A stretch of 64,000 bases of DNA from Streptosporangiales bacterium (GTDB taxonomy: Bacteria; Actinomycetota; Actinomycetes; Streptosporangiales; WHSR01): contig WHSR01000006.1 of assembly GCA_009379995.1 (NCBI GenBank), positions 41,865 through 105,864 of the forward strand, in the 5' to 3' direction. Below the pieces are notes generated by a model that was not told the origin of the DNA, did not search any database, and saw nothing but the letters and a program-made list of their open reading frames with translations. Positions 34,851-44,618 of this stretch are shown in pieces. The position numbers and the translations under genes were made by a program. The first letter of the stretch is position 1. Each line of letters opens with the position of its first letter.

Positions 34851-35672
34851 ATGACCCTGCTCGAACCTCGCACGGCGGCTGGGCGGGAGGGACTCGCCGC
34901 CATCCGGGCGAATCCGCGGCACGCGGTCATCGGCCTCGACTTCGACGGAACGCTCGCCCCCATCGTCGCCGACCCGGAGGCGGCGCGGGCGCATCTCGGC
35001 GCCGTACCCGCGCTGCGCGGGCTAGCGCCGCTCGTCGACTCCGTCGTGGTGGTGACCGGACGTCCGGCGGGTACTGCCGTTGCGTACGGCGGCTTCGCCA
35101 GCGTGCCCGGCCTAGTCGTGCTGGGCCAGTACGGGCTCGAGCGCTGGGAGGCGGGCAGGCTGCGCATCCCGCCGCCTCCTCCGGGCATCGAACGGGCACG
35201 GTCCTCGCTGCCCGACCTGCTGGCCCGGGCGGGCGCTCCGGAGGGAGTCTGGGTCGAGGACAAGGGCAGCGCGCTTGCCGTACACACCCGACGTACCTCC
35301 GACCCGGAAGGAGCGCTGGCGTCGATCCGGGGGCCACTCGCGGAGCTCGCCGAGCACGCCGGGCTCGTGGTCCAGCCCGGGCGAATGGTGCTCGAGCTGC
35401 GGCCTCCGGGGACGGACAAGGGCGGGGCGCTGCGGGCGTTCCTGCGGGAGCGGGCCGGACGTGCGGTTCTGTTCGCCGGCGACGACCTCGGCGACCTGCC
35501 CGCGTTCGATGCGGTCGACGCACTGCGGGGGGCCGGCGTCCCCGGCGTGACCGTCTGCGCCGGATCGACGGAGGTGACCGGCCTGGCGGAGCGAGCCGAC
35601 CTCGTGGTCGACGGCCCGGAGGGCGTGGTGACCCTGCTCGAGGCCCTCGCCGAGTCCCTTCGGACACCCTGA
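34851..35672 (+). CDS. otsB: Trehalose-6-phosphate phosphatase
   Basis: HAD motifs VIGLDFDGTLAPIV (motif I), VVVTGR, and KGGALRAFL...LFAGDDLGD. Confidence 0.85.
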   Translation: MTLLEPRTAAGREGLAAIRANPRHAVIGLDFDGTLAPIVADPEAARAHLGAVPALRGLAPLVDSVVVVTGRPAGTAVAYGGFASVPGLVVLGQYGLERWEAGRLRIPPPPPGIERARSSLPDLLARAGAPEGVWVEDKGSALAVHTRRTSDPEGALASIRGPLAELAEHAGLVVQPGRMVLELRPPGTDKGGALRAFLRERAGRAVLFAGDDLGDLPAFDAVDALRGAGVPGVTVCAGSTEVTGLAERADLVVDGPEGVVTLLEALAESLRTP

Positions 35673-35844
35673 CCCGCCATCGGGAGGCCGGCCTTCTGGA
35701 CGGGCCACATCGGCCAGCGTCGCCGCCCCGAATCCGGGTAAGCCGTTCCAGGAAGGCGTCCACGACCTCGCCGCCCTCTTGGATGAACGGCGGACCATGG
35801 TAGGACTTCACTGCTCGATGAATTTAGCCACCAAGGAGCCGGCC

Positions 35845-37074
35845 ATGGAGAGCACAACCTGCTGCATCGTCGGAGGCGGACCGGCCGGAGCCATGCTCGG
35901 CCTGCTTCTCGCCCGCGCCGGCGTCGACGTGGTCGTGCTGGAGAAGCACGCAGACTTTCTGCGGGACTTCCGCGGCGACACCGTGCACCCGTCCACGCTC
36001 GAGCTGCTGGACGAGCTCGGTCTGGCCGAGCGCTTCGCCGAGCTGCCCCAGGAGCACGCTCCCACCCTGAGCATGGTGACCGACGAGGGTCCGGTGACCG
36101 TCGCCGAGTTCAGCGCCCTGCGCCACCCGCACCCTTACATCGCGTTCGTGCCGCAGTGGGACTTCCTCGCCATGCTGACCGACGAGGCGGGGCGCTACCC
36201 GACGTTCACCCTGAAGATGCAGGCGGAGGCCCACGACCTGATCCGTGAGGGTGGGCGGGTACGCGGCGTCCGCTACCGCGACCGCGACGGCGAGCACGAG
36301 CTGCGGGCGCAGCTCACCGTCGCCGCGGACGGCCGCCACTCGGCCCTGCGCTGCGCCGCCGGGCTGACGCCCGTCGGGTACGGCGTGCCCATGGACGTGG
36401 TGTGGTTCCGGCTGTCGCGACGCGAGTCGGACCCGCGGCAGGAGGTAGCCCTTCGGCTGGTCACCGGCGGCCTGATGGCCTACATCGGGCGCGGGACGTA
36501 CTGGCAGATCGCGTACATCGTGCTCAAGGGCGGGTACGAGCGGCTGATGTCCGCCGGTCTGGACGTGCTGCGCGCCGAGATCGTGAGTCGGCTGCCGTTC
36601 CTCGCCGATCGGGTCGGCGAGCTGGCCGACTGGAACGACCTGAGCGTGCTCGACGTGCGCATCGACCGGCTCCGCCGCTGGTACGTGCCCGGGCTGCTGT
36701 GCATCGGGGACGCGGCGCACGCCATGTCCCCGGTCGGGGGCGTCGGCATCAACCTGGCGATCCAGGACGCCGTCGCGGCGGCGAACCTGCTCGCCGAGCC
36801 GCTGCTGCGGGGACACACCTCCGTCGACGACCTGGCGAAGGTGCAGCAGCGCAGGGAGATGCCCGCCGCGGCGACCCAGTGGATGCAGCGCGTGCTGCAG
36901 GCCCGCTTTATCGGACCGCTGCTGCGCGGCACCCGCCCGCCGGTGCCGCCGCTGCCGGCGCGCCTGCTCTCTCACTTCCGCCCCGGGCGGCATCTCATCG
37001 CGCACCTCATCGGGGTCGGCGCACGCCCCGAGCACGTACGGCTCCCGGTCCCGGATTCCGTGCCGCGCGGCTGA
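35845..37074 (+). CDS. FAD-dependent monooxygenase/oxidoreductase
   Basis: AAGGAG RBS. CCIVGGGPAGAMLGLLLARAGVDVVVLEK (dinucleotide fold) and LLCIGDAAHAMSPVGGVGINLAIQDA (GD motif). Confidence 0.85.
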   Translation: MESTTCCIVGGGPAGAMLGLLLARAGVDVVVLEKHADFLRDFRGDTVHPSTLELLDELGLAERFAELPQEHAPTLSMVTDEGPVTVAEFSALRHPHPYIAFVPQWDFLAMLTDEAGRYPTFTLKMQAEAHDLIREGGRVRGVRYRDRDGEHELRAQLTVAADGRHSALRCAAGLTPVGYGVPMDVVWFRLSRRESDPRQEVALRLVTGGLMAYIGRGTYWQIAYIVLKGGYERLMSAGLDVLRAEIVSRLPFLADRVGELADWNDLSVLDVRIDRLRRWYVPGLLCIGDAAHAMSPVGGVGINLAIQDAVAAANLLAEPLLRGHTSVDDLAKVQQRREMPAAATQWMQRVLQARFIGPLLRGTRPPVPPLPARLLSHFRPGRHLIAHLIGVGARPEHVRLPVPDSVPRG

Positions 37075-37097
37075 GACGTTCGCGCCGCCGTACGGCC

Positions 37098-37169
37098 CTG
37101 CCTTGGTCGTGATCTTGCAGAAATTCAACTCGGGCCGATTCAAATTTCTGCAAGATCACGGCCAAAGGG
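37098..37169. repeat. Palindromic repeat family A, long form (copy A4)
   Basis: CCTTGGTCGTGATCTTGCAGAAATT-CAACTCGGGCCGATTCA-AATTTCTGCAAGATCACGGCCAAAGG. Differs from A1 at a handful of positions. Confidence 0.9.
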
Positions 37170-37206
37170 ATCAGCCGACGCACAAGCGGCGCGGCAGACT
37201 GGTCCC

Positions 37207-37851
37207 GTGGACCTTGCGATCATCGAGACCGTCTTCCGTATGCTGCTCGCCCTGGTGACCGCCGCGGCGATCGGACTGGAGCGTGAGCTTGCCGCGCAGC
37301 CAGCCGGATTGCGCACGCACGTGCTGCTGGGCCTCGGCGCGGCGCTGTTCACCATCGCCGGCATCCAGTTCGCCGGCGGCGACCCCACCCGCGTCGCCGC
37401 CCAGGTGGCCAGCGGCGTCGGCTTCTTGGGTGCGGGCGCGATCCTGCAGGAACGCTTCCGCATCCGCGGCCTCACGACCGCGGCGTCCCTGTGGGTGACG
37501 GCGGCACTCGGGGTCGCCGCCGCCGTCGGCGCCTACGTGGCGCTCGCCGCCGTCACGGTCGTCTCCCTCGCCGCGCTCACCCTGCTGAAGTGGGTGGAGC
37601 GGGAGTACTTTCCCCGGCAGCGGGGCCAGGAGCTGGCCGTCCACCTGTCATCGGGAGTACGGCTCAGCGAAGCCCTGGACAGGATCCAGCAGATCTCCGG
37701 CACGTTCGACCTGCGCCAGATCGAGCCGACGGCCGACGGCGGCCAGCGGCTGGTCGGTCACGTACGGCTGCCCCGCACCCATGACCTCCTCCAGGTGGCC
37801 GAACGGCTCGAGGGGGTGCCGGGGGTGAGCGGCATCAGCCTGCAGCGCTGA
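37207..37851 (+). CDS. MgtC/SapB-family membrane protein
   Basis: LALVTAAAIGLERE...AGLRTHVLLGLGAALFT...VASGVGFLGAGAIL...GLTTAASLWVTAALG is the MgtC N-terminal domain. C-terminal ACT-like domain. Confidence 0.85.
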   Translation: MDLAIIETVFRMLLALVTAAAIGLERELAAQPAGLRTHVLLGLGAALFTIAGIQFAGGDPTRVAAQVASGVGFLGAGAILQERFRIRGLTTAASLWVTAALGVAAAVGAYVALAAVTVVSLAALTLLKWVEREYFPRQRGQELAVHLSSGVRLSEALDRIQQISGTFDLRQIEPTADGGQRLVGHVRLPRTHDLLQVAERLEGVPGVSGISLQR

Positions 37852-38359
37852 CGACCCGCTCGAACGCGTCGTAGGCGGTCTGGTCGAAGAGCACGAATCG
37901 GGCCTCGGTCACGTTCGACAGCCCGCCGGCCGCCCCTCGTACGGCCTCGATGGCGATGCGGGCCGCGTCGTCGATCGGCCATCCGTACGCGCCGGCCGAC
38001 ACCGCTGGGAACGCCACGGCCTCCGCCCCCAGCTCGTCGGCGACCTGCAGCGACTCGCGATAGCACGAGGCGAGCTGCCCGGACCGGTCCACGCTCTTCG
38101 CGTACACCGGTCCCACCGTGTGGATGACCCACCTGGCCGGCAGGTTGCCCGCCGTCGTCGCGACCGCCTGCCCTGCCGGCAGCCCGTCCGGGTAGCGCGA
38201 TGCCCGGAGTTGCTTGCACTCGGCGAGGATCGCCGGGCCGCCACGCCGGTGGATGGCTCCATCGACCCCGCCGCCGCCCATGAGCGAGGAGTTGGCGGCG
38301 TTGACGACCGCGTCGACCCGCTGCCCGGTGATGTCACCCCGGATGAGTGTGATTTCCAT
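37835..38359 (-). CDS. Macro-domain protein (O-acetyl-ADP-ribose deacetylase type)
   Basis: IRGDITGQRVDAVVNAANSSLMGGGGVDGAIH...VIHTVGPVY...AFPAVSAGAYGWP is the YmdB/Af1521-type signature. Confidence 0.9.
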   Translation of the reverse strand: MEITLIRGDITGQRVDAVVNAANSSLMGGGGVDGAIHRRGGPAILAECKQLRASRYPDGLPAGQAVATTAGNLPARWVIHTVGPVYAKSVDRSGQLASCYRESLQVADELGAEAVAFPAVSAGAYGWPIDDAARIAIEAVRGAAGGLSNVTEARFVLFDQTAYDAFERVVSAAG

Positions 38360-38428
38360 GGCTCAGAGACTGTCGCCCACGACCGGCCGGTGACAATCTA
38401 CAGTCGGTTCGTAGAGCCGTACCAGACT

Positions 38429-38478
38429 CACGTGATCTTGCAGAAACTGCCCACTTCGGCAAGATCATGGGCAAGGTG
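38429..38478. repeat. Palindromic repeat family A, diverged copy (A5)
   Basis: CGTGATCTTGCAGAAA ... GCAAGATCATGGGCAAGG. The outer left arm has diverged. Lies in a divergent promoter region. Confidence 0.55.
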
Positions 38479-38494
38479 TGGGAGGGCGGGGGCA

Positions 38495-38968
38495 ATGCAC
38501 GAGGTCTCGTGGGCGCGAGCGGGCGGTCCCGGTGGCGGTCCGGGCGGGGCGCTGTGGCTACGTACATCGCGACCGGAGTCCCATCCGGTGTGGGCCGGCA
38601 TCACGTTCGGGGCCGGCTCGCTGCACCAGCCCGTCGAACACCTCGGTGTGGCCAGCCTGCTGGCGGCGTGGCTGACGACCGGCCTGAGCCGTCCGGTCGA
38701 GGCGGCCGAGGATGCCGCGAACGCGGCCCAGGTCTGGTTCCGGCTGGGCCTGACCGACAGCTCTCTGGTGGTGACGGGCACCGTGGAGGGCGTGGCGGCC
38801 ACCCTGCGGCGGATGGACGGACTGCTCGCCGACGCATCGTACGCCGAGGTGGACGACACCCTGCGCGACCGGGCCCGGACCCATTCCAGCCCGCTCGGCC
38901 CGTGGACCTCGCATCTGGTGGCGCGCTGGCTGGGCCACCGCCCGCACCTCGCCGCGCGGCGACCGTGA
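38495..38968 (+). CDS. Hypothetical protein
   Basis: GGAGGG RBS 8 nt upstream of the ATG. High GC3 throughout. No recognisable motif. Confidence 0.45.
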   Translation: MHEVSWARAGGPGGGPGGALWLRTSRPESHPVWAGITFGAGSLHQPVEHLGVASLLAAWLTTGLSRPVEAAEDAANAAQVWFRLGLTDSSLVVTGTVEGVAATLRRMDGLLADASYAEVDDTLRDRARTHSSPLGPWTSHLVARWLGHRPHLAARRP

Positions 38969-39013
38969 GGAGCGTGTCCCACATGAGCGCCCTTCCGTTG
39001 ACCCAGGCTTGCT

Positions 39014-39047
39014 CTACAAAGTGTAGTACTACGAAGCGTCGTACTAC
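39014..39047. promoter_or_regulatory. Candidate BlaI operator(s)
   Basis: Palindrome CTACAAAGTGTAG (39014-26) is followed by TACTAC-GAAGC-GTCGTA (39027-43). The latter fits the TAC[GT]AC-N5-GT[AC]GTA motif I recall for mycobacterial BlaI. Located 25 nt upstream of blaI. Confidence 0.55.
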
Positions 39048-39068
39048 TTGCCGTAGGCACGGTTTAAC

Positions 39069-39452
39069 ATGGACGGCGTGAACAGGCTCGGCTACCTCGA
39101 ACGAACCGTGATGAACGTGCTGTGGGAGCGCGGGGAGCCACTCACCGCGCGCGACGTGGGCCGTGCCCTCGCCGGCGATCGCGACCTCGCGCACACGACG
39201 GTGATGACGGTCCTCGACCGGCTGGCGAAGAAGGGGCTGCTGGCGCGCCAGCGGGACGGTCGGGCATGGCGCTACCGGCCGGCGGCCAGTCGGGAGACGT
39301 ACGTGGCCGAGCTGATGCTGAATGCTCTCGACCAGACGAGGGACAGAGACGCGGCCCTCGCTCGCTTCGCCCGTTCGGTCACCGGCGAGGAGGCGCGGGT
39401 GCTACGCAGCGCGCTGGACGAGATCGAGCGCGGGAGAGGACGCGGGGGGTGA
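39069..39452 (+). CDS. blaI: BlaI/MecI/CopY-family transcriptional repressor
   Basis: LGYLERTVMNVLWERGEPLTARDVGRAL...AHTTVMTVLDRLAKKGLLARQRDGRAWRY is the penicillinase-repressor winged helix. Confidence 0.9.
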   Translation: MDGVNRLGYLERTVMNVLWERGEPLTARDVGRALAGDRDLAHTTVMTVLDRLAKKGLLARQRDGRAWRYRPAASRETYVAELMLNALDQTRDRDAALARFARSVTGEEARVLRSALDEIERGRGRGG

Positions 39453-39456
39453 CACC

Positions 39457-40374
39457 GTGATCACCGCCGCGCTGCTCGCCGCGCTGTCCCTGGTATGCGT
39501 GGCCGCCGCCACCGCGCTGGCGCCGGCCAGATGGCCTCGGCGGGGGCCGAGCTCCGGGATCGTGCTCTGGCAGGCGATCGGACTCGCTTGGGGACTGGCC
39601 ATGGTCGGCGCGGCGCTGGCGGTTGCCGTCGCCCCGTACGGCCGAGGACTGGCGTTCGGGCTCGTCGCGCTCGTCCGCGGGGACGTTCCCGTCGCGCTCG
39701 GCCCGCTGCGCATCGTGGCGCTCGCGGGCGGGACGGCGCTCTTCGGCCTGCTGGTCAGCGCGCTCCTCGCCTCGCTCGTGCAGGTCGGCCTGGCGCGGCG
39801 GCGGCACCGTACGCTGCTCGCGCTGCTGGCCGACGGGCACCCCGGGCTGCCCGGAACGCTCGTCGTCGACCACCCGGCCGCGGCCGCGTACTGCGTGCCG
39901 GGGGTCCGGGCGCGTGTCGTGGTCAGCGCCGGGGCCCTCCGACTGCTCGCCCGCGACGAGCTGCAGGCGGTACTGGCACACGAGCGCGCGCACGCACGGG
40001 AACGGCACGACCTTGTGCTGCTTCCGTTCACCTCGCTGCGCTGGATCTTCCCGCGGTCCCGGATCGTACGGAACGCGATCGACGCGGTCTCGCTCCTGGT
40101 GGAGATGCGGGCCGACGACCGGGCGCTGTCGGAGCAGCCTCGTCGGCTGCTCGCCACCGCGCTGCTGCGGTTCGGCGCGTCCGAGCCGCGGGCCACTCCG
40201 TCCGGCACGCTCGGCATCGCCTTTCCCGCGGTATCCCAGGATCCGGTGGTCGTCCGCGCGCTGCGGTTGATCGGGCCCAGTCCGGCGCTGCCCCGGCACA
40301 TCCAGGTCATCACCTGGGGTACCGCCGGTGCGCTGGCGGCGCTCCCGCTGGCGCTGGCCCTGCTCCCGCTCTGA
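39457..40374 (+). CDS. M56-family (BlaR1-like) membrane metallopeptidase, no sensor domain
   Basis: GTG 5 nt after the blaI stop. 4 TM helices. Zinc motif LAHERAHARERHD (HExxH). Confidence 0.8.
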   Translation: MITAALLAALSLVCVAAATALAPARWPRRGPSSGIVLWQAIGLAWGLAMVGAALAVAVAPYGRGLAFGLVALVRGDVPVALGPLRIVALAGGTALFGLLVSALLASLVQVGLARRRHRTLLALLADGHPGLPGTLVVDHPAAAAYCVPGVRARVVVSAGALRLLARDELQAVLAHERAHARERHDLVLLPFTSLRWIFPRSRIVRNAIDAVSLLVEMRADDRALSEQPRRLLATALLRFGASEPRATPSGTLGIAFPAVSQDPVVVRALRLIGPSPALPRHIQVITWGTAGALAALPLALALLPL

Positions 40375-40468
40375 CGGTCCCTTGGGCAACCTGCCGTGCC
40401 GCGACGGCGTCATTAGGACTGCAGCGAGTCCGCTGCAGTCACCGTCGATGGAGATTTGGGGTACTCCG

Positions 40469-42174
40469 ATGCGTTCCAACCTCAAGCACGTCGCCGCGTT
40501 ATTCGCCGCCACGCTCGCGGTGACCCTCCCGGCCGCCATGGTCTCTCTCGCCACGACGCCGGCTGCCGCAAGCGCCCCACCGCGGTCCTGCCCGCCCCGG
40601 TACCGGTGGGCGAGATCAAGGAAGGGATGACCGGCTCGGGCCTGACCGTAAGCAAGGGCACCACGCCGGAGCCGTTCCAGGTGACGGTTCAGGGCGTCCT
40701 CGAAGACGGGATCGCGCCCGGCGTGGACATGATCGTCGTCGAGGCGGACTCGCCGACGTTGGATCGGGTCGGCGGGATCTGGGCCGGCATGTCCGGCTCG
40801 CCGGTCTACGCCGACGACGGCCGCATCATCGGCGCGGTCGCGTACGGGTTCTCCCTCGGCCCGTCGAAGATCGGCGGCATCACGCCGGCCGAGGAGATGC
40901 TCGAGGTCCTGGACGACCCGGCGCAGGTTCAGGCCACGCGGGCCAAGGAGAAGCTGGCCCTCCCGGAGGCGATGCAGCGTGAACTCGTCGCCAGCGGGGC
41001 GGCGAGCGAACAGCAGGTCGAACAAGGTCTGGGGCGACTTCCGTTGCCGTTGGGCGTCTCTGGCGCGAACGAGCAGCGTCTGCAGGGCATGCAGGAGGAG
41101 CTGGCGAGGCGCGGGCTGAACGTCCGCGTCTACCGGGCCTCCGCCGCCGGTGCGCGATCGCCGGTGCCGCCGTCGGCACGACGACCATGGTGTGTTCCGG
41201 GCTGGCGCTCGCGTTTGGCCATCCGTTCAACCAGCTCGGCCCGGTCGCGATGAGCGCGCACACCGCCGAGGCGATCACCGTGGTCGACGACCCGGCTGGC
41301 ACCCCGTTCAAGCTCGCGAACATCGGCGGGGTCGCCGGGACCCTCGACCAGGATCGGCTGACCGCCGTCCGGGCCCGGCTCGACGAGTCACCGACGGCAA
41401 CCCCCATCACCTCGCACGTCTCCTCGGGGGACCGGTCGCGGACGGGCACCTGCTCGCCAACCTGGACCTGGTCTTCGACAGGTTTGTCGTGCCCGGCACC
41501 TCGACGGTCAGCTGGACGGTGACCGGGCGGACCGCGAGCGGGCAGCAGTGGACGCTCGACCGGACCAACCGCTATGCCTCGTCCGATGACATCACGTTCG
41601 CGGCGTCCGGGGAGGTCACCCAGCAGCTCGCAACGATCACCACCAACCGGTTCGAGGCGGTCGAGATCACCGACGTTGATCTCACCGCATCGGTCGATCC
41701 CGACTTCGCGCAGTTCACCGTCGACACCGTGTACGCCAGAGCGGACGGCGACTGGGTGGAGGTCGGCCCGGACACGCCGATCGAGGCGACCGCCGGGCAG
41801 GCCCTCGGCCTTCGGGTCGACCTGACGGCGTACCGGCGCCCACCCGTACCGTCGAGTTCCAGATCGACGTGCCCGAGAACCGCGCGGGCGGTACCGGACA
41901 GCTGACCGTCGCCGGCGGGCTCGTCGACTACCCCGGCCCGGATCCGTTCTGCGTGCTCCAACCGTCGTTCTGCGCACGTGAGGATCCGGGTGGCGAGTCC
42001 GTGCCGGACCTGGTGGAGAGGCTGCAGGACGAGCCGAGGAACGACGATCTGCTCGTCACACTGGACCTCGACCCGGTCGACGGCGGCCCGAGTCAACCCG
42101 TCACGATCGACAGTTCCAAGCGGCTCGACCAGGTTGTCACCGGGGAGCAGCTGATCCCGGTCACCGTCAGCTGA
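40469..42174 (+). pseudogene. SpoIVB-like S55 serine peptidase, interrupted by four frameshifts
   Basis: The signal peptide (MRSNLKHVAALFAATLAVTLPAAMV...), the catalytic segment VGGIWAGMSGSPVYADDGRIIGAVAYGF, then ...GTTTMVCSGLALAFGHPF..., then the C-terminal parts lie in 5 successive frames. Shifts are near 40575, 41150, 41425 and 41840. Confidence 0.65.
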
Positions 42175-42227
42175 TCGCCCCGGCCCTCTTCCGCCGACCC
42201 CTCGACCGTAACCACTCGGCCGAGGGG

Positions 42228-43004
42228 TCACGGCCGGCTCTGGCTGCGCAGCCGGGCCGCCTCGTAGAGCGCGATCCCGGCGGCCACCGCCGCGTTGAGC
42301 GACTCCGCGCCTCCCGCCATCGGGATACGCACGGTGAGGTCGCAGGTCTCGGCTACCAGCCGGGACAGCCCTCTGCCCTCCGAGCCCACGACCACGGCCA
42401 GCGGTTCGGTCGCCACCTCGAGCTCGTCCACCGACGTCTGCGAGCCGGCGGCGAGACCGACCACGAAGAGCCCTTCCCGCCGGTAGGCCTGCAGCGTCCG
42501 GGTGAGGTTGGTGGCGCGCGCCACCGGCACCCGGGCGAGCGCCCCGGCCGACGCCTTCCACGCCGCGGCGGTCACGCCGGCCGCGCGTCGCTGCGGCACG
42601 ACCACGCCGTGGCAGCCGAACGCGGCGGCCGACCGTACGATCGCGCCGAGGTTACGGGGATCGGTGACGCCGTCCAGAGCGATCACCAGCGGGGTCTCGC
42701 CGGCCTCGTGGGCGCGAAGGATCAGGTCGTCCGGGTGTGCGTACTCGTAGGCCGGGACCTGGAGCACCAGGCCCTGGTGCGGGGCACGGCCGGCCAGGCG
42801 GTCCAGCTCGGCCCGGGACGATTCGAGCAGCGGCACCCCGGCGTCCCCGGCGAGCGCGACAGCGTTCCGGAGCCGGTCGTCCCTGTCGAGTCCGCGGGCG
42901 ACGTACAGCGCGGCCGCGGGGACGCCGGCGCGCAGCGCCTCGACGACGGGATTGCGCCCGGCGACGACCTCGGTGCCCCCTCGGTCCGTACCGCGGCGTG
43001 CCAC
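42228..43004 (-). CDS. rlmB: 23S rRNA (guanosine-2'-O)-methyltransferase RlmB
   Basis: [11 protein letters not shown]...[21 protein letters not shown]...[12 protein letters not shown]...[22 protein letters not shown] (SpoU/TrmH class). Conserved position next to cysS. Confidence 0.85.
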   Translation of the reverse strand: MARRGTDRGGTEVVAGRNPVVEALRAGVPAAALYVARGLDRDDRLRNAVALAGDAGVPLLESSRAELDRLAGRAPHQGLVLQVPAYEYAHPDDLILRAHEAGETPLVIALDGVTDPRNLGAIVRSAAAFGCHGVVVPQRRAAGVTAAAWKASAGALARVPVARATNLTRTLQAYRREGLFVVGLAAGSQTSVDELEVATEPLAVVVGSEGRGLSRLVAETCDLTVRIPMAGGAESLNAAVAAGIALYEAARLRSQSRP

Positions 43005-43011
43005 GGACGCC

Positions 43012-44421
43012 TCAGTCCCGCCTGAGCTCCCAGCGGGAGCCGGACGGGGTGTCCTCGATGACGACGCCGGCCTCGGCGAGCCGGGCCCGGATGGCGTCGG
43101 CGGTCGGGTAGTCCTTCCGCGCCCGGGCCGCCTGCCGCTGCTCCAGCGCCACCGAGACGAGCTTGTCGACGACGTCGTACAGACCCTCGTCCCCGCGGCC
43201 GACCCACTGCGGGTCCAGCGGATCCAGCCCGAGCACGTCGAGCATGGCCCGGGTCTCGGCGAGGCGCAGCCCCACCGACTCCTTGTCGCCGCCCGCGAGC
43301 GCGTTGTTGCCGTCCCGCACCGCGCCGTGCACGACCGCGAGGGCCTGCGGCACGCCCAGGTCGTCGTCCATCGCGGCGGCGAACGCCGCGGGCAGCGGGG
43401 CGTCGGAAACGGCGGTCGGTGCGGAGACTTCCGTGGCCCGGGTGACGAACCCCTCGATCCGCCGGTACGCCGCGGCGGCCTCGTACAGCGCCTCCTCGGA
43501 GTAGTCGATCATCGACCGGTAGTGCGCCTGAGCGAGATAGTAGCGCAGCTCGACCGGGCGGACCTTCTTGACCAGCTCGGACACCAGCAGGGAGTTGCCG
43601 AGCGACTTGCTCATCTTCTCGCCACCCACCCTGAGCAGCGCGTTGTGCAGCCAGTACCGCGCGAAGCCGTCACCGGCCGCCCGCGATTGCGCGATCTCGT
43701 TCTCGTGGTGCGGAAAGATCAGGTCGACCCCGCCGGCGTGGATGTCGAAGGTCTCGCCCAGGTACTTGGTGGCCATCGCCGAGCACTCGAGGTGCCAGCC
43801 GGGGCGGCCGCGACCCCACGGCGTCTCCCACCACGGCTCGCCGGGCTTCTCCCCCTTCCACAGCGCGAAATCGCGCGGGTCGCGCTTGGCGGTGTCGGAG
43901 TCGGTGTCGGAGTCGGTGTCGCCGGCCGGGCGCATGTTCTCCAGACGCTGGTGGGACAGCGCGCCGTACTCCGCGTACGAGAGCACGTCGAAGTAGACGT
44001 CGCCGTCGGTCGGGTACGCGTGCCCGCGCTCGATCAGCCGGCGCATCAGCATGATCATCTCAGGAACGTGGCCGGTCGCCCGCGGCTCGACGGTCGGGGG
44101 CAGGCAGCCCAGCACGTTGTACGCCCAGGTGAACGCCTGCTGATTGCGCTCGGACACCATCCACCACGGAATGCCCTCGTGGTGGGCGACATGGATGATC
44201 TTGTCGTCGACGTCGGTGACGTTGCGGCAGAACGTCACCTCGTACCCGTTTCTTGCGAGCCAGCGACGCAGGACGTCGAAGGCGACGCCGGACCGGATGT
44301 GGCCGATGTGCGGAGCCGCCTGCACCGTGGCGCCACACAGGTAGAACGTGACCTTCCCCGGCGTCAGGGGGACGAACTCGCGGACCGTGCGGGTGCTGGT
44401 GTCGTACAGGTGCAGGCTCAC
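43012..44421 (-). CDS. cysS: Cysteine--tRNA ligase
   Basis: [17 protein letters not shown] (HIGH), GWHLECSAM and KMSKSLGN (KMSKS). Confidence 0.95.
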   Translation of the reverse strand: MSLHLYDTSTRTVREFVPLTPGKVTFYLCGATVQAAPHIGHIRSGVAFDVLRRWLARNGYEVTFCRNVTDVDDKIIHVAHHEGIPWWMVSERNQQAFTWAYNVLGCLPPTVEPRATGHVPEMIMLMRRLIERGHAYPTDGDVYFDVLSYAEYGALSHQRLENMRPAGDTDSDTDSDTAKRDPRDFALWKGEKPGEPWWETPWGRGRPGWHLECSAMATKYLGETFDIHAGGVDLIFPHHENEIAQSRAAGDGFARYWLHNALLRVGGEKMSKSLGNSLLVSELVKKVRPVELRYYLAQAHYRSMIDYSEEALYEAAAAYRRIEGFVTRATEVSAPTAVSDAPLPAAFAAAMDDDLGVPQALAVVHGAVRDGNNALAGGDKESVGLRLAETRAMLDVLGLDPLDPQWVGRGDEGLYDVVDKLVSVALEQRQAARARKDYPTADAIRARLAEAGVVIEDTPSGSRWELRRD

Positions 44422-44618
44422 CCGACAAGCCTACTGACGGGCCGGGGTGATACGTCCGCCGGAAGGCTCGGGCCACCGGGAAGACATGGCAAACTCAAAG
44501 CCGGCGATTTCCGCGCCTTTGCGGTCAAGGTCGGGCCAACTCCGCACCGGCCTGGCTAGCCTCCTGGCCGGATGCTCGCCGTCCCTACCGAAACACCCAC
44601 TCCTCAGGAGAACGCGTC

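Noticed and set aside
35715-35811. Minus-strand peptide ...SYHGPPFIQEGGEVVDAFLERLTRI resembling the C-terminus of an alpha/beta hydrolase, as a possible gene relic between otsB and the FAD monooxygenase.
   Set aside because: The similarity is short and generic, no upstream homology could be followed, and the evidence is too weak to call a pseudogene.
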